Shown here in pieces: positions 1-10,620 of a DNA stretch of 64,000 nucleotides (positions within the stretch are counted from its first letter, which is position 1; each line of letters opens with the position of its first letter). This DNA is from Shigella phage PSD9. The DNA lies in sequence record MZ561532, one strand, 5' to 3'. The notes under the pieces are model-generated. The model saw nothing but the letters and a program-made list of their open reading frames with translations, ran no database searches and was not told the DNA's origin. The translations under genes and the position numbers were made by a program.

Positions 1-1
1 T

Positions 2-349
2 GCTGCTTTACACCTTTTAGAATTCAACGGACGATTAAAAGAAAAAGTAACTAAAGATGGATTCACATATAATTTAAATGACCTTTATATTTGCCAACGA
101 CTTGAATTCCAGTTCCAAGGTAAGACATTTAAATTTAAATCACACGAACCATTTCAAACATTTGGTCCTGTTGATAGTGTACTACAATCTCTTTATCTTG
201 GTGATGATGTACCAGATTTTCTGGATATGCCTGCCTTTGTTGCTACATGGGCCGACGATATAACTTCTACTGTAGCTATCCCTGGTCCTAATGGTCCTAT
301 CAAAGGATTGCTTAAAATCATGGATATCTTAAATGAAGAACGAATCTAA
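2..349 (+). CDS. baseplate hub protein, gp28-like, C-terminal part (5' end outside window)
   Basis: Frame open from window edge to TAA at 347-349; overlaps ATG of next gene; sits upstream of 29/48/54 as in T4. Identity by synteny only. Confidence 0.35.
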   Translation, partial: AALHLLEFNGRLKEKVTKDGFTYNLNDLYICQRLEFQFQGKTFKFKSHEPFQTFGPVDSVLQSLYLGDDVPDFLDMPAFVATWADDITSTVAIPGPNGPIKGLLKIMDILNEERI

Positions 350-2069
350 TCAGAATAGTTTTCGTCGCAATAAACTGATTGAAGAAATGGCTCCTCAGCG
401 TCGTGCTGAGGCGCTAGCCCAAACTCAGAACGACGAATTAGGAAATATATCAGATGTTTTATCCGATTCCCAGGCGGCGTCTGAATTGCTCTCTGAAGTT
501 GTTGAGACAAAGACTAACCAGATTATTAATTCTGTAGACCGAGTAGACAAAAGCGTCCAAGATGTTGTCGCTGGAACAGAATTAACGGCCGAAGCCATAT
601 CAGAACAAACCCAACAGTCTAAAGCTCTTTCGGATGCATTAAACGAAAAGATTAATAAGCTTTCTAATATGTTGGAGGCTAAATTTTCTGGTATTTCTAT
701 TCCACCGGAAGGGAGCTCATTAAAGGTTATTGAAGACTCTATTCCAGAAGAACCTAAGGCCGAAACTCCTAAAGTTCCTGCTGTTGTTGAAGATATTCTT
801 CCACCTGAAGATAATAAACCTGACGCCGAATTTATGCCTGAGCCTCCTAAAAATTCAGATGAAGGTAAAGAAGGTGATAAGACTTCTCTTTCCGAGAAAA
901 TCGAAGCCCTTACTAAAATAACTGAAAAGGGATTTAAAGCTTCTATAGGCGTCGCTGATAGAATTTCAGGCATGCTTTTTAAGTATACCATTACCGCTGC
1001 CGCTGAAGCTGCTAAACTCGCAGCAGGTTTAGTCCTTTTAATATTTGGTATAGATGCCATTCGCGTATACTTCCAATATTTCATGGACCAATTTGAGTCA
1101 GGGTGGAAAGAATTTAACGATAAGTTTAAAGAGTGGGGACCATTACTTGAAGGGCTAATGACATGGGCCAAGAATGCTGAAGCCATGTTTAGTGAAGGAA
1201 ACTGGTTAGGTCTGGCTGAAGCTATTATTCGTGGTATGGTTAATCTTACCAAAAATATGGCACAACTTTTAATGCTTGGTATTTCTAAGTTGATTTCTGC
1301 TATTTTAAGTAAAATACCTGGTATGGGTGATTTAGCTGAAAACGTAGAGGCTTCTGCTTTAATGTCATATCAGCAAAATACTGGAGCCACTTTGGACGAT
1401 GAAGACCAAACTAAAGTGGCCAAGTACCATGATAGACGTTCAGCCGAGGCTTTAGAAACAGCCGAGAAAATGAATAAGAAGTATAAGGATAAACCTGAGC
1501 TTATAAACCAGGCAGAGAAATACGGTAATCTTACTAAAGAACAAGCCGACCAATTACGCGCAGGTGGAATTGACACAAGCTTCCGTGACCTCCCTGAAGA
1601 AGAACGTTTAGAGTATTTCAAGAAACGTGATAAAGCTCAGGCTGATATTATTCGTTTGACACAAACCGCTGATAATATAATGAAGCCAGATTCTAAAGAT
1701 ATCGAAAATGCTAAAGCATTTAAAGCTGATATCGAGAAACAATTGGCCGACCCTATTATGGCTAAAGGTGGGGCACCGAAAGACCTTAATATCCAGCAAT
1801 TACTTGATAAGATGAATAAATCTTTAGAGAAATTTAATGAAGCTGAAAAGCCTAAACCTGCTTCTGTAGCGGAATCTCCTGAAAATACCCAGGTTAAAAA
1901 GGTTGATGAGCAAATGAGAGCAAAGGAAAATGCTAAATATAGTCAGCAAGCTCCAACTCAAATAAATCAGCAAACGAATATCAAGAAAACGAGTAAGACA
2001 AGCTATAATATGCCTCCACAGTCCTCTACTCCTGCTCCTGGTATGCGTCAAGCTACTAAAGTTAATTAG
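333..2069 (+). CDS. 29: baseplate hub / tail-length determinator gp29-like
   Basis: 578 aa (T4 gp29 about 590 aa); coiled-coil-rich with central hydrophobic segment; followed by 48- and 54-sized ORFs. Confidence 0.55.
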   Translation: MKNESNQNSFRRNKLIEEMAPQRRAEALAQTQNDELGNISDVLSDSQAASELLSEVVETKTNQIINSVDRVDKSVQDVVAGTELTAEAISEQTQQSKALSDALNEKINKLSNMLEAKFSGISIPPEGSSLKVIEDSIPEEPKAETPKVPAVVEDILPPEDNKPDAEFMPEPPKNSDEGKEGDKTSLSEKIEALTKITEKGFKASIGVADRISGMLFKYTITAAAEAAKLAAGLVLLIFGIDAIRVYFQYFMDQFESGWKEFNDKFKEWGPLLEGLMTWAKNAEAMFSEGNWLGLAEAIIRGMVNLTKNMAQLLMLGISKLISAILSKIPGMGDLAENVEASALMSYQQNTGATLDDEDQTKVAKYHDRRSAEALETAEKMNKKYKDKPELINQAEKYGNLTKEQADQLRAGGIDTSFRDLPEEERLEYFKKRDKAQADIIRLTQTADNIMKPDSKDIENAKAFKADIEKQLADPIMAKGGAPKDLNIQQLLDKMNKSLEKFNEAEKPKPASVAESPENTQVKKVDEQMRAKENAKYSQQAPTQINQQTNIKKTSKTSYNMPPQSSTPAPGMRQATKVN

Positions 2070-2077
2070 GATTAATA

Positions 2078-3166
2078 ATGAAAGTAAAAGAACTTGACTT
2101 TGATGTAGCCTCCTTGTTTAAAGGAGGTTCAAAGACCTCCGCAGGTCAATCTAAAACACCACCAATAAAAACCACGGTAACCGCTCAGTATCCAGCTGAG
2201 CGGGCTTCAGGTAATGATACCTCAACCGATATGGTATTAAACGACCTCTATAAAAATGGATTGCTTTTTACCGCATATAATTTTAGTTCTCGTGTATCTC
2301 CGGATTTGCGTAACGACCGTTCGAGTCAAATGACTAAAAAGTTCTCAAGTGCAGCCAGCAAATTAACAGGCAATAGTGGAACATATAGTGCTGTTAAAAA
2401 CTTATTTGGTGGAAATACTAAGGGCGTTAAATTTGATACCCAAGCCTTAGCTAATATCCTTTTACCTCGTTCTAAATCTGATGTGGATTCCGTATCACAC
2501 AAATTTAATGATGTTGGTGAGTCCTTAATTACTAAAGGCGGTGGTACTGCTACAGGTATTTTAAGTAACGTTGCTAGTACCGCGGTATTTGGTGCATTAG
2601 AATCTGTGACTAACGGCGTAATGGCTGATTCAGGCGAACAGATATACACTACAGCTCGTAGTATGTACGCCGGTCCGGATAACCGTACTAAGGTATTCAC
2701 TTGGGAAATGACTCCACGAAATGCCCAAGACCTTATCCAGATTATTAAAATATACGAAATCTTCAACTATTATTCTTACGGCGAAACGGGTAATTCGGCT
2801 TTCGCAGGTGAATTAAAAGAGAAGATTGATACTTGGTATCGTTCTACATTTAAAAAAGAAGCTATTGACAAGTTTGATGGTAAGCTATTAGGGGAAAGTA
2901 TTACAAGCTTCCTTTCTAATGTTATTGTGGTAAGTAACCCAACCATTTGGTATATCCGAAACTTTGGTGATAGCAGTTCATATGATGGTCGTGAAGATAT
3001 TTTTGGCCCATGCCAAATCCAGAGTATCCGTTTTGATAAAACTCCGGACGGCCATTTTAACGGATTGGCTATTGCTCCTAACTTACCATCTACGTTTAGT
3101 TTAGAAGTTACTTTCCGTGAAATTATTACTCTGAACCGTGGCTCACTTTATACGGAAGGATTCTAA
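2078..3166 (+). CDS. 48: baseplate tail-tube cap gp48-like
   Basis: 362 aa (T4 gp48 about 364 aa); synteny 29-48-54. Confidence 0.55.
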   Translation: MKVKELDFDVASLFKGGSKTSAGQSKTPPIKTTVTAQYPAERASGNDTSTDMVLNDLYKNGLLFTAYNFSSRVSPDLRNDRSSQMTKKFSSAASKLTGNSGTYSAVKNLFGGNTKGVKFDTQALANILLPRSKSDVDSVSHKFNDVGESLITKGGGTATGILSNVASTAVFGALESVTNGVMADSGEQIYTTARSMYAGPDNRTKVFTWEMTPRNAQDLIQIIKIYEIFNYYSYGETGNSAFAGELKEKIDTWYRSTFKKEAIDKFDGKLLGESITSFLSNVIVVSNPTIWYIRNFGDSSSYDGREDIFGPCQIQSIRFDKTPDGHFNGLAIAPNLPSTFSLEVTFREIITLNRGSLYTEGF

Positions 3167-4095
3167 TGTATACTTTACAAGAATTTCAGAATCAGGCAAT
3201 TAATATTGACCTACAAAGGAATAACCTGTTTAGTGTGGTATTTGCCACAGTTCCTTCTTCTAAATCTCAGACGCTCCTCGACCAGTTCGGTGGAGCTTTA
3301 TTTAACAATATCCCATTGAATAGCGATTTGTTTGGTATTACACAAGGAGAGTTGACCCAAGGTGTTACGACATTAGTGACAGCGGGCACTCAGAAGTTGA
3401 TTCGTAAGTCAGGCATAAGTAAATATTTGATTGGAGCTATGTCATCCAGGGTTGTGCAGAGCTTACTAGGAGAGTTTGAAGTAGGTACATATCTGATGGA
3501 TTTTTTCAATATGGCCTATCCTACGGCAGGTCTTTTAGTCCACGCCGTTAAAATCCCGGATAATACTTTGAACTATGAAATGGATTTGAACCACAACTCA
3601 CCTAACATCAAAATTACCGGAAGAGAATATTCTCCATTAGTATTAAGCTTCCGTATGGATTCTGAAGCTGCTAACTACCGTGCTTTTAATGATTGGGTCA
3701 ATAGTGTTCAAGACCCTATTACACAATTAAGAGCATTACCGGAGGATGTTGAAGCTGACATTCAAGTCAACCTTCATTCCCGTAATGGATTACCACATAC
3801 GGTAGTAATGCTTAATGGTTGCGTTCCAATGAGCGTATCTTCCCCGGAATTATCTTACGACGGTGATAACCAAATTGCTTCATTTGATGTTACATTTGCT
3901 TATAGAAGTGTACAGACTGGTGCAGTTGGCAAACAAGCTGCTTATGAATGGTTGGAAGATAAAGTCCTTAAAGGCGTGGCGGGTATAAGTGAGAGCAATT
4001 CCCTGAGTTCTTCAGTAGCTAAATTAAGCCGACTTTCAGGAGCTTCTAGTGGATTAACAGGATTGGTTAATAGTGGAATATCGAGGTTGTTATAA
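3166..4095 (+). CDS. 54: baseplate tail-tube initiator gp54-like
   Basis: 309 aa (T4 gp54 about 320 aa); ATG overlaps stop of previous gene; terminator hairpin follows. Confidence 0.55.
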   Translation: MYTLQEFQNQAINIDLQRNNLFSVVFATVPSSKSQTLLDQFGGALFNNIPLNSDLFGITQGELTQGVTTLVTAGTQKLIRKSGISKYLIGAMSSRVVQSLLGEFEVGTYLMDFFNMAYPTAGLLVHAVKIPDNTLNYEMDLNHNSPNIKITGREYSPLVLSFRMDSEAANYRAFNDWVNSVQDPITQLRALPEDVEADIQVNLHSRNGLPHTVVMLNGCVPMSVSSPELSYDGDNQIASFDVTFAYRSVQTGAVGKQAAYEWLEDKVLKGVAGISESNSLSSSVAKLSRLSGASSGLTGLVNSGISRLL

Positions 4096-4102
4096 CAAAA
4101 AA

Positions 4103-4120
4103 GGAGAGCATATGCTCTCC
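4103..4120. terminator. bidirectional intrinsic terminator (perfect 18-bp palindrome)
   Basis: GGAGAGCATATGCTCTCC flanked by A6 upstream and T-rich downstream; lies between convergent gene 54 (+) and the 4130-4420 ORF (-). Confidence 0.6.
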
Positions 4121-4129
4121 TTTAGGGGT

Positions 4130-4420
4130 TTATTTACGGAACGAAATGAAACCTGCTGTGGTCATTAGTGGTTGCTTTTTAACAAACACCGTAACCGAAA
4201 TAGGAGCTTCGGATTCGAGTTGTCCTGTCACTACACCGTTAAAAATGTTTTCGGTTTGTTCTGGATAAGAAAAATTCTCAACAGGTCGGATATCAAACTG
4301 TTTGTCTTCACCGAAAACTCGACGTAATTCATTACCCACTGCACTGTCAAACTCTTCAGAAGCAGGGATAACGTTTTCAACTACCAGTTCTTGACCATTA
4401 AAACGGAATGTAGATTTCAT
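4130..4420 (-). CDS. hypothetical protein
   Basis: 96-aa ORF, ATG preceded by GAGGAG; early promoter motif upstream. Confidence 0.45.
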   Translation of the reverse strand: MKSTFRFNGQELVVENVIPASEEFDSAVGNELRRVFGEDKQFDIRPVENFSYPEQTENIFNGVVTGQLESEAPISVTVFVKKQPLMTTAGFISFRK

Positions 4421-4448
4421 AATGTTCTCCTCATGTTTGTGTAAGGTA

Positions 4449-4478
4449 ATAGTACCACATCCTTGTGGTAATGTAAAC
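4449..4478 (-). promoter_or_regulatory. T4-type early promoter (GTTTAC-N18-TACTAT)
   Basis: -35 GTTTAC overlaps alt stop codon; -10 TACTAT; drives the 4130-4420 ORF. Confidence 0.45.
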
Positions 4479-6601
4479 TACATTTTGAATTTATTTGATA
4501 AAGAAGAGATATCCAAAGATGCAGCAAGGATTTCCATAGCCTCGTTACTTTCAGAAATGGATTCACTAACCAAGAACTGTTTAAAGCCGTCCATCAGGCG
4601 AACTTCACCAGTTTCCATCAAATGGTCACCATCGTAAACAGATTCACTGAGCTCTGAAGGAGGTGTTACGGTAGCTTCCATAAGGTATTTGTGAGATACT
4701 CTATCATTCATAGCAAAAGCCGCTACTTTATCAACCTTCAACAATAACCCACGCGGAAGGATAATTTCTGCTTCTTCGGCATATTCTGTAAGGTCACCAG
4801 GAGCGATAACTTTAACTGCTTCAGCACCTCGAATAACCATACCAATTTCAGCAATTCTATCTGCAGGACCTTCAGGTGCAATTGGATTACCAAACTCGTC
4901 TTCTTCCCATTCTACCTCTTCGTCATCGACTTCACCTACATCAGATGAACTACCACTAGCCAATTTAAACAACTCATCAGCGGAGGATAAAGAACCTTCA
5001 CCGCCAACAAAAACGGCTTGGTTGTCGAGGGCCATATAATTTTTACCAAATTCACCAAAGATGTTAGGTTTTAGTGAGGCTGACACAAAGTTCTTAAAGT
5101 AAAATGTTTTGTTATCGATATTATGGCGCAGAATTTTGTATGGCAAATCCTGACCACGATACAAAATAGTACCCTTAGGAAGTTTAATACCCTTAGTAAA
5201 TGCCGAGTCTAAATCCTTAATCAATTTAATAGCCGTTGTATTGTTTTCGGATTCAGGTTTACCTAAAAGGAATAAGTTCATAGGAGCATATTCAGCCGCG
5301 CAATATTCAATAATAGCATTGCTTTCGTCTTTGGTTAGGTCCTTAGGTTTAATGAGCTCGCCTGAATAAGCATATGCATCACTAATAGAATCGTTAACCA
5401 GTTTATAAACGGCTTCCATAGCGAAAGCAATTCTAGATGCTTTCTCTGAAGGGGAACCCTTAAAACGGGTACTCAGGTTATTAACAATTTTCTTAATAAT
5501 ATCCAGACTATTGGTTGTATTGATTTGCGAAAGGCCACTTAAAAGTCTATCGACTTCTGTATTAAAAAATGCCATATTATTAGAGTAAATTTCAAACCCT
5601 TGTTTATCTCTATTAGCATAATTTAGTTTAAATTTACTATCAGTCATTAAAGCGTGTGTGAGAGCAATAGTGTATCTAAAGTTGGCAAGGTCCTCGCTCT
5701 TAGATTTAAACTGAGAAGCCTGACGCATTTTAGTAATGGCACCTTTTTTAAAGTTCTGACTAATCTGTTCAATACCTTCGTTCTCAGGGCCTTCAGCCGT
5801 GTGAACCGGTACAGAAGCTTCAAACTCGTTATAAACCTGCAATTCTTTAGGGGACAAAGTTTCAGGCTCAGCAGTAGAATACTGCGCCGCCGCTGCCATA
5901 CGACGCGAAATCTTAGTACGAGTAATGACAGCCTTATCAGTACGTTTCTCTTCAACTTGTGCAATAGATGCCGCTACGGCTTCGACCTTACTTACAGCCT
6001 GGCCGGTTTTCTTAGAAACATACACTTCGCCAACTTTAGACTCAACTTTAGTATAAAGATCGGCATTAATTTCAGGCATACCCTTGATATCTTCAATATT
6101 AGCACCACGACGTACTAAAAGAACGTAGGTATGTTTTCCGCTGAATTGGAACATGTCGTCAACAACTTTAAACTTACCACCGGTACGAGCCATAGCCAAG
6201 CGAGCTAATACGCGCTGAACGGTAGGACCTTTACCTTTCATTTTCTTAGTAGGGAAACGGAACAAAACCGCGTCCATTTTAAGTTTGTTTATTTGTTCAT
6301 ATATGGTATCGAAAATGGTGTTCAGTGTACCGAGTGGATCGGTACCCAAACCACCCTTGAGTTCTGCCGGGGCGCCTTTAGCAGATAAACTCATTAGGAT
6401 GACATGGACGTACTTATCGCCTGGCTTAACCATTTTAATAGCATCGCCTTCAGACGCATAAGATACCATACGAGCAACCAGATTATCATTACCTGGTGCT
6501 TGGATAGAGAAAATCTGTGGAATACCGGAACCCGGTTTAAGATTTGTTACTGGATAGTTTTTAGCGGAATCACTATCAAAAACCTCATTTAAATTTTCCA
6601 T
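4478..6601 (-). CDS. alt: Alt-like ADP-ribosyltransferase, paralog 1 of 3
   Basis: 707 aa; C-terminal R-S-E motifs (ILYRGQ, FVSASL, EAEIILPRG); N-terminal ~230 aa near-identical to the two neighbours; start 3 nt after upstream stop. Confidence 0.7.
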   Translation of the reverse strand: MENLNEVFDSDSAKNYPVTNLKPGSGIPQIFSIQAPGNDNLVARMVSYASEGDAIKMVKPGDKYVHVILMSLSAKGAPAELKGGLGTDPLGTLNTIFDTIYEQINKLKMDAVLFRFPTKKMKGKGPTVQRVLARLAMARTGGKFKVVDDMFQFSGKHTYVLLVRRGANIEDIKGMPEINADLYTKVESKVGEVYVSKKTGQAVSKVEAVAASIAQVEEKRTDKAVITRTKISRRMAAAAQYSTAEPETLSPKELQVYNEFEASVPVHTAEGPENEGIEQISQNFKKGAITKMRQASQFKSKSEDLANFRYTIALTHALMTDSKFKLNYANRDKQGFEIYSNNMAFFNTEVDRLLSGLSQINTTNSLDIIKKIVNNLSTRFKGSPSEKASRIAFAMEAVYKLVNDSISDAYAYSGELIKPKDLTKDESNAIIEYCAAEYAPMNLFLLGKPESENNTTAIKLIKDLDSAFTKGIKLPKGTILYRGQDLPYKILRHNIDNKTFYFKNFVSASLKPNIFGEFGKNYMALDNQAVFVGGEGSLSSADELFKLASGSSSDVGEVDDEEVEWEEDEFGNPIAPEGPADRIAEIGMVIRGAEAVKVIAPGDLTEYAEEAEIILPRGLLLKVDKVAAFAMNDRVSHKYLMEATVTPPSELSESVYDGDHLMETGEVRLMDGFKQFLVSESISESNEAMEILAASLDISSLSNKFKM

Positions 6602-6604
6602 TAT

Positions 6605-8686
6605 TTACCCTTGGATGAATTTTTCTGGGATGTCATAGAGGTCTATGCATGAAGCCAAAAGAGGCAGTACATCAAACCGTGTAGATTTAACAAATGAATC
6701 AAAAGATACAGGGCTTTCGGAAGTATCGAAGTCATCTTGATATACGACCAACTCGCCGGTTTCCATTAGTACATCACCATCATATACCACAGATTCTTGA
6801 AGCTCATCTGTTGTCATAACTTCAGCTTGAATGAGTTTTGTATTACTAGATGTTGTTCCATCATTATTAGAAGCATCTGTTATTTTATTAACTTTGACCA
6901 TTAATCCACGCGGTAGAATAACTTCAGCTTCAGTTGCTATTCCGAGATTTCCTGGATATACGACATTAACTTTATGGGCCCCATCAATAGCCCATCCTAT
7001 TTGAACCTTAACGTAATCGGGATTTTCCTTATACGCTCTTATTTCATTAGGATTAATAGTTATTCCTTCTTCATTTTTATCAACTGTTAATTCGTTGCGA
7101 ACTTCCGGTTCTAAAAGACCAATACCAGCGTGCGTAACACCAAAACGTCCGAAAATTATAGGAGTTAAAGAAGTAGATACAAAATTTCTGAAATAGAACA
7201 CTTTATTTTTAACTAGTGCTTCGTATATAGGAGCAGTCATACTCTGTGCACGATAAACTGTGATGCCTTCTGGTATACGGTCGCCATTTTCAAAAGCGGA
7301 ATCCAAATTATTAACTGCAGATTCGATATCTTTTTCGCTCATAACCTCATAGTTCTGAGGATTATAACGTCCTAAAAGAAGATTATTTATGTCTGTATAT
7401 CCTGAACCACAATATTCTCTGATACCACGCTTTTGTGATGGAGTATATTTAGAACCTTCACGAGCAATAGTAATATCAACCATAATACCACCACCCACAC
7501 CAGCAAAACTATACACGCGTTTTTTAATGAACTTAGTCTTGGCTGCTTTCCACTTGGCCTCTGTCAATTCGTTCCAAAGGTCATCAGGTTGGCCTTTACG
7601 AGTTCTGTTATGGATAGCCAGCCACTCGCCTTTATATTCTTCGAAAATGGTATTAATAGCAGAGGCATATTTTTCTAGAGCTTTAACAGATGTCAAAGGT
7701 TCGTTTTTTATTGCTGTAAGAATTTTCTCTTTAATTTTCTCTTGGATTTCGCCAATACCGTGAAGTGGGAACATTTTATAATCGTAATGCAATTCTTCAG
7801 CAGTGCCTTCAGCCACTATATTAGCAACCTTATTTTTAGCCGCAGGAGAATTGTTATTAGTAACCATTTCCTGAGCCTCAGGGATTAATGGAACTGTTGC
7901 CGGTTTATTAAAATCCGCTGCAGTAGCTTCATATTTCTTAAACAATTCACTTTCATTACGATAAGATTCCAATGATTGGCTTGCTGCAATGGCGCGCCTA
8001 GAAATCTTAGTCTTGGTTATAACCATTTTATCAGTGCGACGTTCTTCAACCTTAGCAATACTACCGGCGATAGCAGTTTCTTTAGTAACCTGCACGCCTT
8101 CTTTTTTAGAAATATAAACTTCACCGACATCAGAATCTACCTTAGTATACAATTCAGCATTAATTCCAGGCATACCTTTGATATCTTCTATATCAGCTTG
8201 TTTACGAACTACCAGGATGTAAGTATGTTTACCGGTAAATTGGTACATAGCCGGAACTACTTTAAAACGTCCGCCTGTTTTCTGTGCTACCAAACGTTGG
8301 ATAATCCGTTGAACGATAGGGCCTTGACCTTTCATTTTCTTAGTAGGGAAACGGAACATCACGGCATCCATACGAAGCTTTTTAACCTGTTCGAATACTA
8401 CGTCGAAAACGGTATTAATAGCATCAATAGGAGTAGGGCCTAAGCCACCTTTAAGTTCTGCTGGAGTACCTTTAGCTGAAAGGCTCATAAGGATAACGTG
8501 GGCATATTTATCACCCATCTTAACCTGTTTAATAGCATCGCCTTCAGAAGCATAGGATACCATACGTGCTACTAACTGAGACTCCGCGTCTCCAATCTTC
8601 CAAATCTGAGGTACTTTAAGTTTTGGGTTCAAGTTCACAACAGGCAGTGTACCTTCGGACTCGAACACTTCATTTAATTGGGTCAT
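6605..8686 (-). CDS. alt: Alt-like ADP-ribosyltransferase, paralog 2 of 3
   Basis: 693 aa; motifs TVYRAQ, FVSTSL, EAEVILPRG; shared N-terminal region beginning MTQLNEVFE. Confidence 0.7.
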   Translation of the reverse strand: MTQLNEVFESEGTLPVVNLNPKLKVPQIWKIGDAESQLVARMVSYASEGDAIKQVKMGDKYAHVILMSLSAKGTPAELKGGLGPTPIDAINTVFDVVFEQVKKLRMDAVMFRFPTKKMKGQGPIVQRIIQRLVAQKTGGRFKVVPAMYQFTGKHTYILVVRKQADIEDIKGMPGINAELYTKVDSDVGEVYISKKEGVQVTKETAIAGSIAKVEERRTDKMVITKTKISRRAIAASQSLESYRNESELFKKYEATAADFNKPATVPLIPEAQEMVTNNNSPAAKNKVANIVAEGTAEELHYDYKMFPLHGIGEIQEKIKEKILTAIKNEPLTSVKALEKYASAINTIFEEYKGEWLAIHNRTRKGQPDDLWNELTEAKWKAAKTKFIKKRVYSFAGVGGGIMVDITIAREGSKYTPSQKRGIREYCGSGYTDINNLLLGRYNPQNYEVMSEKDIESAVNNLDSAFENGDRIPEGITVYRAQSMTAPIYEALVKNKVFYFRNFVSTSLTPIIFGRFGVTHAGIGLLEPEVRNELTVDKNEEGITINPNEIRAYKENPDYVKVQIGWAIDGAHKVNVVYPGNLGIATEAEVILPRGLMVKVNKITDASNNDGTTSSNTKLIQAEVMTTDELQESVVYDGDVLMETGELVVYQDDFDTSESPVSFDSFVKSTRFDVLPLLASCIDLYDIPEKFIQG

Positions 8687-8694
8687 AATCTATC

Positions 8695-10590
8695 CTATTT
8701 AAATAAATTTGCTAATTTTTCCATAGAATCTTCATACATAATTCTATCATAATTTCCAAACGAGAATCCGGTGCTATATGAATTTTCCTCTGTGATTTGC
8801 TCGGTAGCTACAACTTCACATTCCACTAAAACATATTTACCAATTGAACCCATAGGTCCCTTGGAAGCACCGTATACTTTATTAATCTTAAGCATAACCC
8901 CACGAGGAAGAATTACTTCGGTTTCTGTAGACCAATTAGCCAAGTCACCGGGCACAATAACCTTAATTTTATCAGCACCTTTAATAATTAACCCTAGCTT
9001 AATGGTATCTCTAGCACTTCCGGTCGCACTTTTAATGGTGTCTTCAAGATTACTATCTATATCGCTAGAAAGAGCTTCAGGGTCTAAGTTGGATTGAGCA
9101 TGACCCATTTCACCGAAAATATTAGGAGCCAATGAAGTTGATGCAAAAATAGGAAGATACATCACCTTATGTTTTATAGAATTCAAAGCCATTTCGGTAG
9201 GCATTATCTGAGAACGATACACTATGGTTCCTTTAGGAAGTTTTGTACCATTTTCAAATGTAGAATCCAACTCACCAATCATTTTTATCATTTCATCGGT
9301 GGTATCTGTTTTACCTAGCAAAAAGTTGTTTATATGGTTGTAGCCGCCACGAGTATACTTTTTGACTGCCTCTTCTTGAGGTTTGGATAAATTAGGATTA
9401 TCAGATATCTTAAACAATGGTTGGATAGATTTTGTATAAACTGCTACTAAGGATTTTATTACTTCCTTGATTTTAGATTCTCTAGCCCAAGTACCTTTAA
9501 CTGAATCATCTAAAAGGGCCGCAGCGACTAGTCTAAGAATGTCTACATGAGATTTACCTGATTTTAAAGCCTCTATGACACTATTAGATTTATCTAAAGA
9601 ATCTGATGCCTCTAAAGCAAACTTTATATCAGCAATTAGTTTAAGTTTGCGCTCGTCTACTTCAAATGATGGATTAACACCGTTAAAAATATAATCCAAA
9701 TATTCTGCCATTTCTTTAGAGGTGTCTTTTAATATTTTATTACTGGCTAAAGCTATTTGGCTTTCTTTAGAATCTTCAGAAGAATGAACGGAACTAGTAG
9801 CAGAATAATCTGCATAAGCTTTTTTGTGCTCTGCCGAAAATTTACTCAATCCTGTAGGCTCTGCTGTAGGATATAAAGCATTGATAGCAGCACGTTTAGA
9901 AACCTTTGTTTTGGTTATAACAGTTTTATCAGAACGTGATTTTTCTATTTCGTCTATGGACTTAGCTATAGCTTCTAGTTTGGTAACATCTTCGCCTGTT
10001 TTCTTTGAAACATACACGTCACCGACTTCAGATTCGACTTTAGTATACAATTCTAAATTAATATTAGGAATACCATTTATAGATTCTATATTTTTATTTT
10101 TACGATAGATAAAAACATACGAATGCTTACCGGTGAATTGATACAAGGCATCAAGAACTTTAAACTGTCCGCCTGCTCTAGAGGCTATTAATTTAGCCAA
10201 TACCCTCTGTATAGCTTTTTCCTGCCCTTTCATTTTCTTGGTAGGAAAACGGAACATAACAGCGTCCATACGAAGGGCCTTGACCTGTTCATAGACGATA
10301 TCAAATATAGAACGAATAGCGGAAATAGGATTGGTACCTAATCCACCTTTGAGTTCGGCAGGAGAACCTTTAGCCGATAGGCTCATTAAAACGACATGAA
10401 CATACTTGTCACCAGGCTTAACCTGACGAATTACATCGCCTTCGGAAGTATATGAAACCATGCGGGCAACAAGGTTCTCATTACCTTCAGCCTTTATATT
10501 CCAAATCTGTGGTACTTTAAGTTTAGGGTTTAAATTGACAGCTGATAAATCTATAGCGCCGTCAAATACCTCATTCAATTGTTCGGACAT
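8695..10590 (-). CDS. alt: Alt-like ADP-ribosyltransferase, paralog 3 of 3
   Basis: 631 aa; motifs IVYRSQ, FASTSL, ETEVILPRG; shared N-terminal region beginning MSEQLNEVFD; SD AGAGGAA. Confidence 0.7.
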   Translation of the reverse strand: MSEQLNEVFDGAIDLSAVNLNPKLKVPQIWNIKAEGNENLVARMVSYTSEGDVIRQVKPGDKYVHVVLMSLSAKGSPAELKGGLGTNPISAIRSIFDIVYEQVKALRMDAVMFRFPTKKMKGQEKAIQRVLAKLIASRAGGQFKVLDALYQFTGKHSYVFIYRKNKNIESINGIPNINLELYTKVESEVGDVYVSKKTGEDVTKLEAIAKSIDEIEKSRSDKTVITKTKVSKRAAINALYPTAEPTGLSKFSAEHKKAYADYSATSSVHSSEDSKESQIALASNKILKDTSKEMAEYLDYIFNGVNPSFEVDERKLKLIADIKFALEASDSLDKSNSVIEALKSGKSHVDILRLVAAALLDDSVKGTWARESKIKEVIKSLVAVYTKSIQPLFKISDNPNLSKPQEEAVKKYTRGGYNHINNFLLGKTDTTDEMIKMIGELDSTFENGTKLPKGTIVYRSQIMPTEMALNSIKHKVMYLPIFASTSLAPNIFGEMGHAQSNLDPEALSSDIDSNLEDTIKSATGSARDTIKLGLIIKGADKIKVIVPGDLANWSTETEVILPRGVMLKINKVYGASKGPMGSIGKYVLVECEVVATEQITEENSYSTGFSFGNYDRIMYEDSMEKLANLFK

Positions 10591-10612
10591 AATAATTCCT
10601 CTTTAATAACCT

Positions 10613-10620
10613 TATTTATG
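10613..10620 (-). promoter_or_regulatory. candidate late promoter (CATAAATA) upstream of the alt cluster
   Basis: CATAAATA on minus strand about 22 nt upstream of alt ATG, one mismatch to T4 late consensus TATAAATA. Confidence 0.3.

Noticed and set aside
425-1252. 275-aa minus-strand ORF, and the 730-921 plus-strand ORF, inside the gp29-like gene
   Set aside because: Entirely antisense to or overlapping a well-supported structural gene; no SD or promoter; typical spurious long ORF in AT-rich phage DNA.
5647-6118. Overlapping ORFs on both strands within the alt cluster (5647-5964, 5654-6118, 7389-7763, 7976-8443, 8771-9097, 9824-10108)
   Set aside because: All lie within or antisense to the three Alt-like genes and have low-complexity translations; no independent signals.
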